Source: Bacteroidota bacterium (GTDB lineage Bacteria; Bacteroidota; Ignavibacteria; UBA10030). Taken from it: a DNA stretch of 64,000 bases. Of the stretch, positions 62,052-64,000 are shown piece after piece. The notes beneath the pieces were generated by a model. It ran no database searches. It was given only the letters and a program-made list of their open reading frames with translations, and was not told the origin of the DNA. The stretch is taken from assembly GCA_035499415.1 (NCBI GenBank), contig DATJYV010000029.1, positions 589 through 64,588 of the forward strand, in the 5' to 3' direction. The first letter of the stretch is position 1; every line of letters starts with the position of its first letter. The translations under genes and the position numbers were made by a program.

Positions 62052-63269
62052 TTATTCGTACCGAAGTGCGTCTATAGGGTTGAGCTGGGAGGCCTTCCGT
62101 GCGGGGTAGAACCCGAAGAAAATTCCGATTGCGATCGAGAAACCGAACGAAAGGAGTATGGAGAAGAATGTGATAATGGTCGGCCAGTGGGCCAGACCCG
62201 AGATGGCCTGAGAACCGGAGACGCCGAAGATAATTCCGAGGATACCGCCGACGAGACTAAGCACAAGCGCCTCAATAAGGAACTGGGTGAGGATGTCCCG
62301 CTCACGCGCTCCCACCGACATTCGAATCCCGATTTCCCGCGTCCGCTCGGTCACCGAGACAAGCATGATATTCATGATTCCGATCCCCCCGACGAGCAAA
62401 GAGACCGAAGCGATGCTTGCCAACAGGATGGTCATCGTGGTGCTTGTCGCCGTTGCGGCGGAAGCCAGGTCTGTTTGGTTTCGAATTGTGAAGTCGTCCG
62501 GGTCGTAAGAATTGATCTTATGCCGCATGCGCAACAGCTCGGAGATCTGGTTCTGCGCGTTCATGATTTCTCCCGGACTGATTGCAGACACGAGGATGTA
62601 CCGAATATTGGGCGTGTACGACAGGCGCCGGAGGACGGTCGTGTAAGGCGCCAGGATGTTATCGTCCTGGTCCTGCCCCATGGCGTTCTGGCCCTTTCGC
62701 TCCAGCACGCCGATGACCTTGAAGGGGACATTACGGATCCGGACGTTTTGATCGACTGCGTCGCCGCCCGGAAAAAGATTATCGGCAACCGTCGCTCCGA
62801 GCACGCATACTTTGGCCGCGGCCTTGATGTCCTGGTCGGTATAAAAGTCGCCGTACTCCACCTTCCATTTTCGAATCTCGAGGTAATCTGCGCTCGTCCC
62901 TTCAATGCTCGTCGCCCAATTGAGATTCCCTGCGATGACCTGGCCGCCGGATCGGGCTCCGGGCGAGACGTAGGCAACGGACGGACATTCTCTCCCGACG
63001 GCGAGAGCATCATCCTCCGTCAGGTTTGTCATGGTGCCGGCCCCCATCTTGATGCCGCCTGCCTGCTGGGAACCGGGAAATACCATCAAAACATTTGTTC
63101 CCAGGGCGGAGATTTGCTGCTGGACGGAATACTGCGCTCCCTGGCCGATCGCCAGCATCGCAATGACCGCTCCCACGCCAATGATGATGCCCAGCATGGT
63201 TAGGAACGATCGCATCTTGTTCCGCTGAAGCGCCCGGAACGCGGACAGAAGGACGTTGATGATACTCAT
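62052..63269 (-). CDS. ABC transporter permease, FtsX/MacB-type (MacB/LolE-like)
   Basis: 405 aa. N-terminal TM, large periplasmic domain, and a C-terminal FtsX 3-TM bundle ([18 protein letters not shown]...). Confidence 0.85.
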   Translation of the reverse strand: MSIINVLLSAFRALQRNKMRSFLTMLGIIIGVGAVIAMLAIGQGAQYSVQQQISALGTNVLMVFPGSQQAGGIKMGAGTMTNLTEDDALAVGRECPSVAYVSPGARSGGQVIAGNLNWATSIEGTSADYLEIRKWKVEYGDFYTDQDIKAAAKVCVLGATVADNLFPGGDAVDQNVRIRNVPFKVIGVLERKGQNAMGQDQDDNILAPYTTVLRRLSYTPNIRYILVSAISPGEIMNAQNQISELLRMRHKINSYDPDDFTIRNQTDLASAATATSTTMTILLASIASVSLLVGGIGIMNIMLVSVTERTREIGIRMSVGARERDILTQFLIEALVLSLVGGILGIIFGVSGSQAISGLAHWPTIITFFSILLSFGFSIAIGIFFGFYPARKASQLNPIDALRYE

Positions 63270-64000
63270 GCGGCGGCCACCTCCTCGTCGATCGCTGGAA
63301 TTGTCTTCAGAACCTCCGTCGCATTTTTCTGATTTTCGTTCATGCGGTCGGAACGGATTTTTCCGTCCTTGAATATGACATGCCTCTTCGAGTATTGTGC
63401 AATGTCGGGCTCATGGGTGACCAGGACGATCGTGATGCCCTTCGCATTCAGCGACTGGAAAATCTCCATAACTTCGACGCTCGTCCTGCTGTCAAGGTTT
63501 CCCGTCGGTTCGTCCGCAAGGATGATGCTGGGGTCATTGACGAGGGACCGGGCGATCGCGACGCGTTGCTGCTGTCCCCCCGAAAGCTGGTTGGGGTGAT
63601 GGTGAATTCTCTCTCCGAGACCGACGAGATTAAGGGCGTTGACGGCACGCTCCTTGCGAAGCTTCGGACTGACTGTCGAGTAGAAGAGCGGCAGCTCGGC
63701 GTTCTCGAGCGCGGTCGTGCGCGAGAGAAGGTTAAACCCCTGGAAGACAAATCCAATCTTTCTGTTCCGGATCGCCGCGAGTTCGTCCCGCGTCAACTTG
63801 CTGACATCAATACCCTCAAGATAGTAGCTCCCCTTCGTCGGTTTGTCGAGACATCCAAGAATGTTCATGAACGTGGATTTGCCCGAACCCGAAGCTCCCA
63901 TGACCGCGACAAATTCGCCGGGGGCAACCGTTACCGATACCCCGCGGAGGGCGTGAACCTCCACCTCTCCAAGCATGTAGGTCTTGACAAGATTCTCGAT
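63266..64000 (-). CDS. ABC transporter ATP-binding protein (MacB/LolD-type), 5' end beyond the window
   Basis: Walker [11 protein letters not shown]-loop, signature [15 protein letters not shown], and Walker [12 protein letters not shown]. The ORF continues past position 64000 ([12 protein letters not shown]...). ATGA overlap with the permease gene. Confidence 0.85.
   Translation of the reverse strand: MENLVKTYMLGEVEVHALRGVSVTVAPGEFVAVMGASGSGKSTFMNILGCLDKPTKGSYYLEGIDVSKLTRDELAAIRNRKIGFVFQGFNLLSRTTALENAELPLFYSTVSPKLRKERAVNALNLVGLGERIHHHPNQLSGGQQQRVAIARSLVNDPSIILADEPTGNLDSRTSVEVMEIFQSLNAKGITIVLVTHEPDIAQYSKRHVIFKDGKIRSDRMNENQKNATEVLKTIPAIDEEVAAA

Noticed and set aside
61995-63203. 402-aa plus-strand ORF over the FtsX permease gene
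   Set aside because: Antisense low-complexity translation. The minus strand encodes a canonical MacB/FtsX permease.
1-64000. Search for mobile elements, integrases, transposases, tRNA/rRNA genes or defence systems
   Set aside because: No transposase, integrase or recombinase motifs, no terminal inverted repeats flanking a gene block, and no tRNA-like or rRNA-like sequence were recognised. The window appears to be core or accessory chromosome without an evident MGE.

Overview
This is a high-GC (about 60%) bacterial chromosomal segment. Two secreted proteins carry C-terminal T9SS sorting domains, which places the organism in the FCB (Bacteroidota-related) superphylum, although Shine-Dalgarno sites are present. 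Gene density is high, GTG/TTG starts are frequent, and 4-nt ATGA/GTGA stop-start overlaps recur. All coordinates I derived by hand-counting may be off by 1-2 nt; CDS coordinates follow the supplied ORF track unless I state a refined start. The content, in order: (1) small housekeeping genes on the plus strand: a VOC-family fragment, an MBL-fold hydrolase and UppP. (2) A glycan/chitin utilisation locus: GH3, a minus-strand operon ROK - TonB receptor - T9SS beta-helix protein - GH18 chitinase with T9SS tail - MFS permease - GH18 chitinase - GH94 phosphorylase, and a second ROK regulator. (3) A lipoprotein and an ArnT-like membrane glycosyltransferase. (4) A nine-gene reductive pyrimidine catabolism operon (NCS1 permease, dihydropyrimidinase, PreA/PreT, class-III aminotransferase, beta-ureidopropionase) with embedded small CXXCH and HExxH membrane proteins, a hexanucleotide microsatellite, and a PreT gene with no canonical start. 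(5) A tightly coupled three-gene exopolysaccharide module: a 1708-aa protein fusing a UDP-GlcNAc 2-epimerase domain to deacetylase-like, glycosidase-like and beta-sandwich domains, a GT2 processive synthase, and a REC-histidine-kinase hybrid. (6) A nine-gene minus-strand locus of seven small secreted Thr/Ser/Ala-rich pilin-like proteins plus a 1016-aa usher-like outer-membrane protein ending in a SPOR domain and an Ig-fold periplasmic protein. It is divergent from a sigma54 promoter, a free-standing HisKA-only protein and a sigma54 enhancer-binding response regulator. (7) A block of two-component signalling genes, a membrane fatty-acid desaturase and a MacB-type ABC exporter. No rRNA, tRNA, CRISPR array or mobile element was recognised. 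The EPS fusion module and the fimbria-like locus are the strongest candidates for previously undescribed systems.
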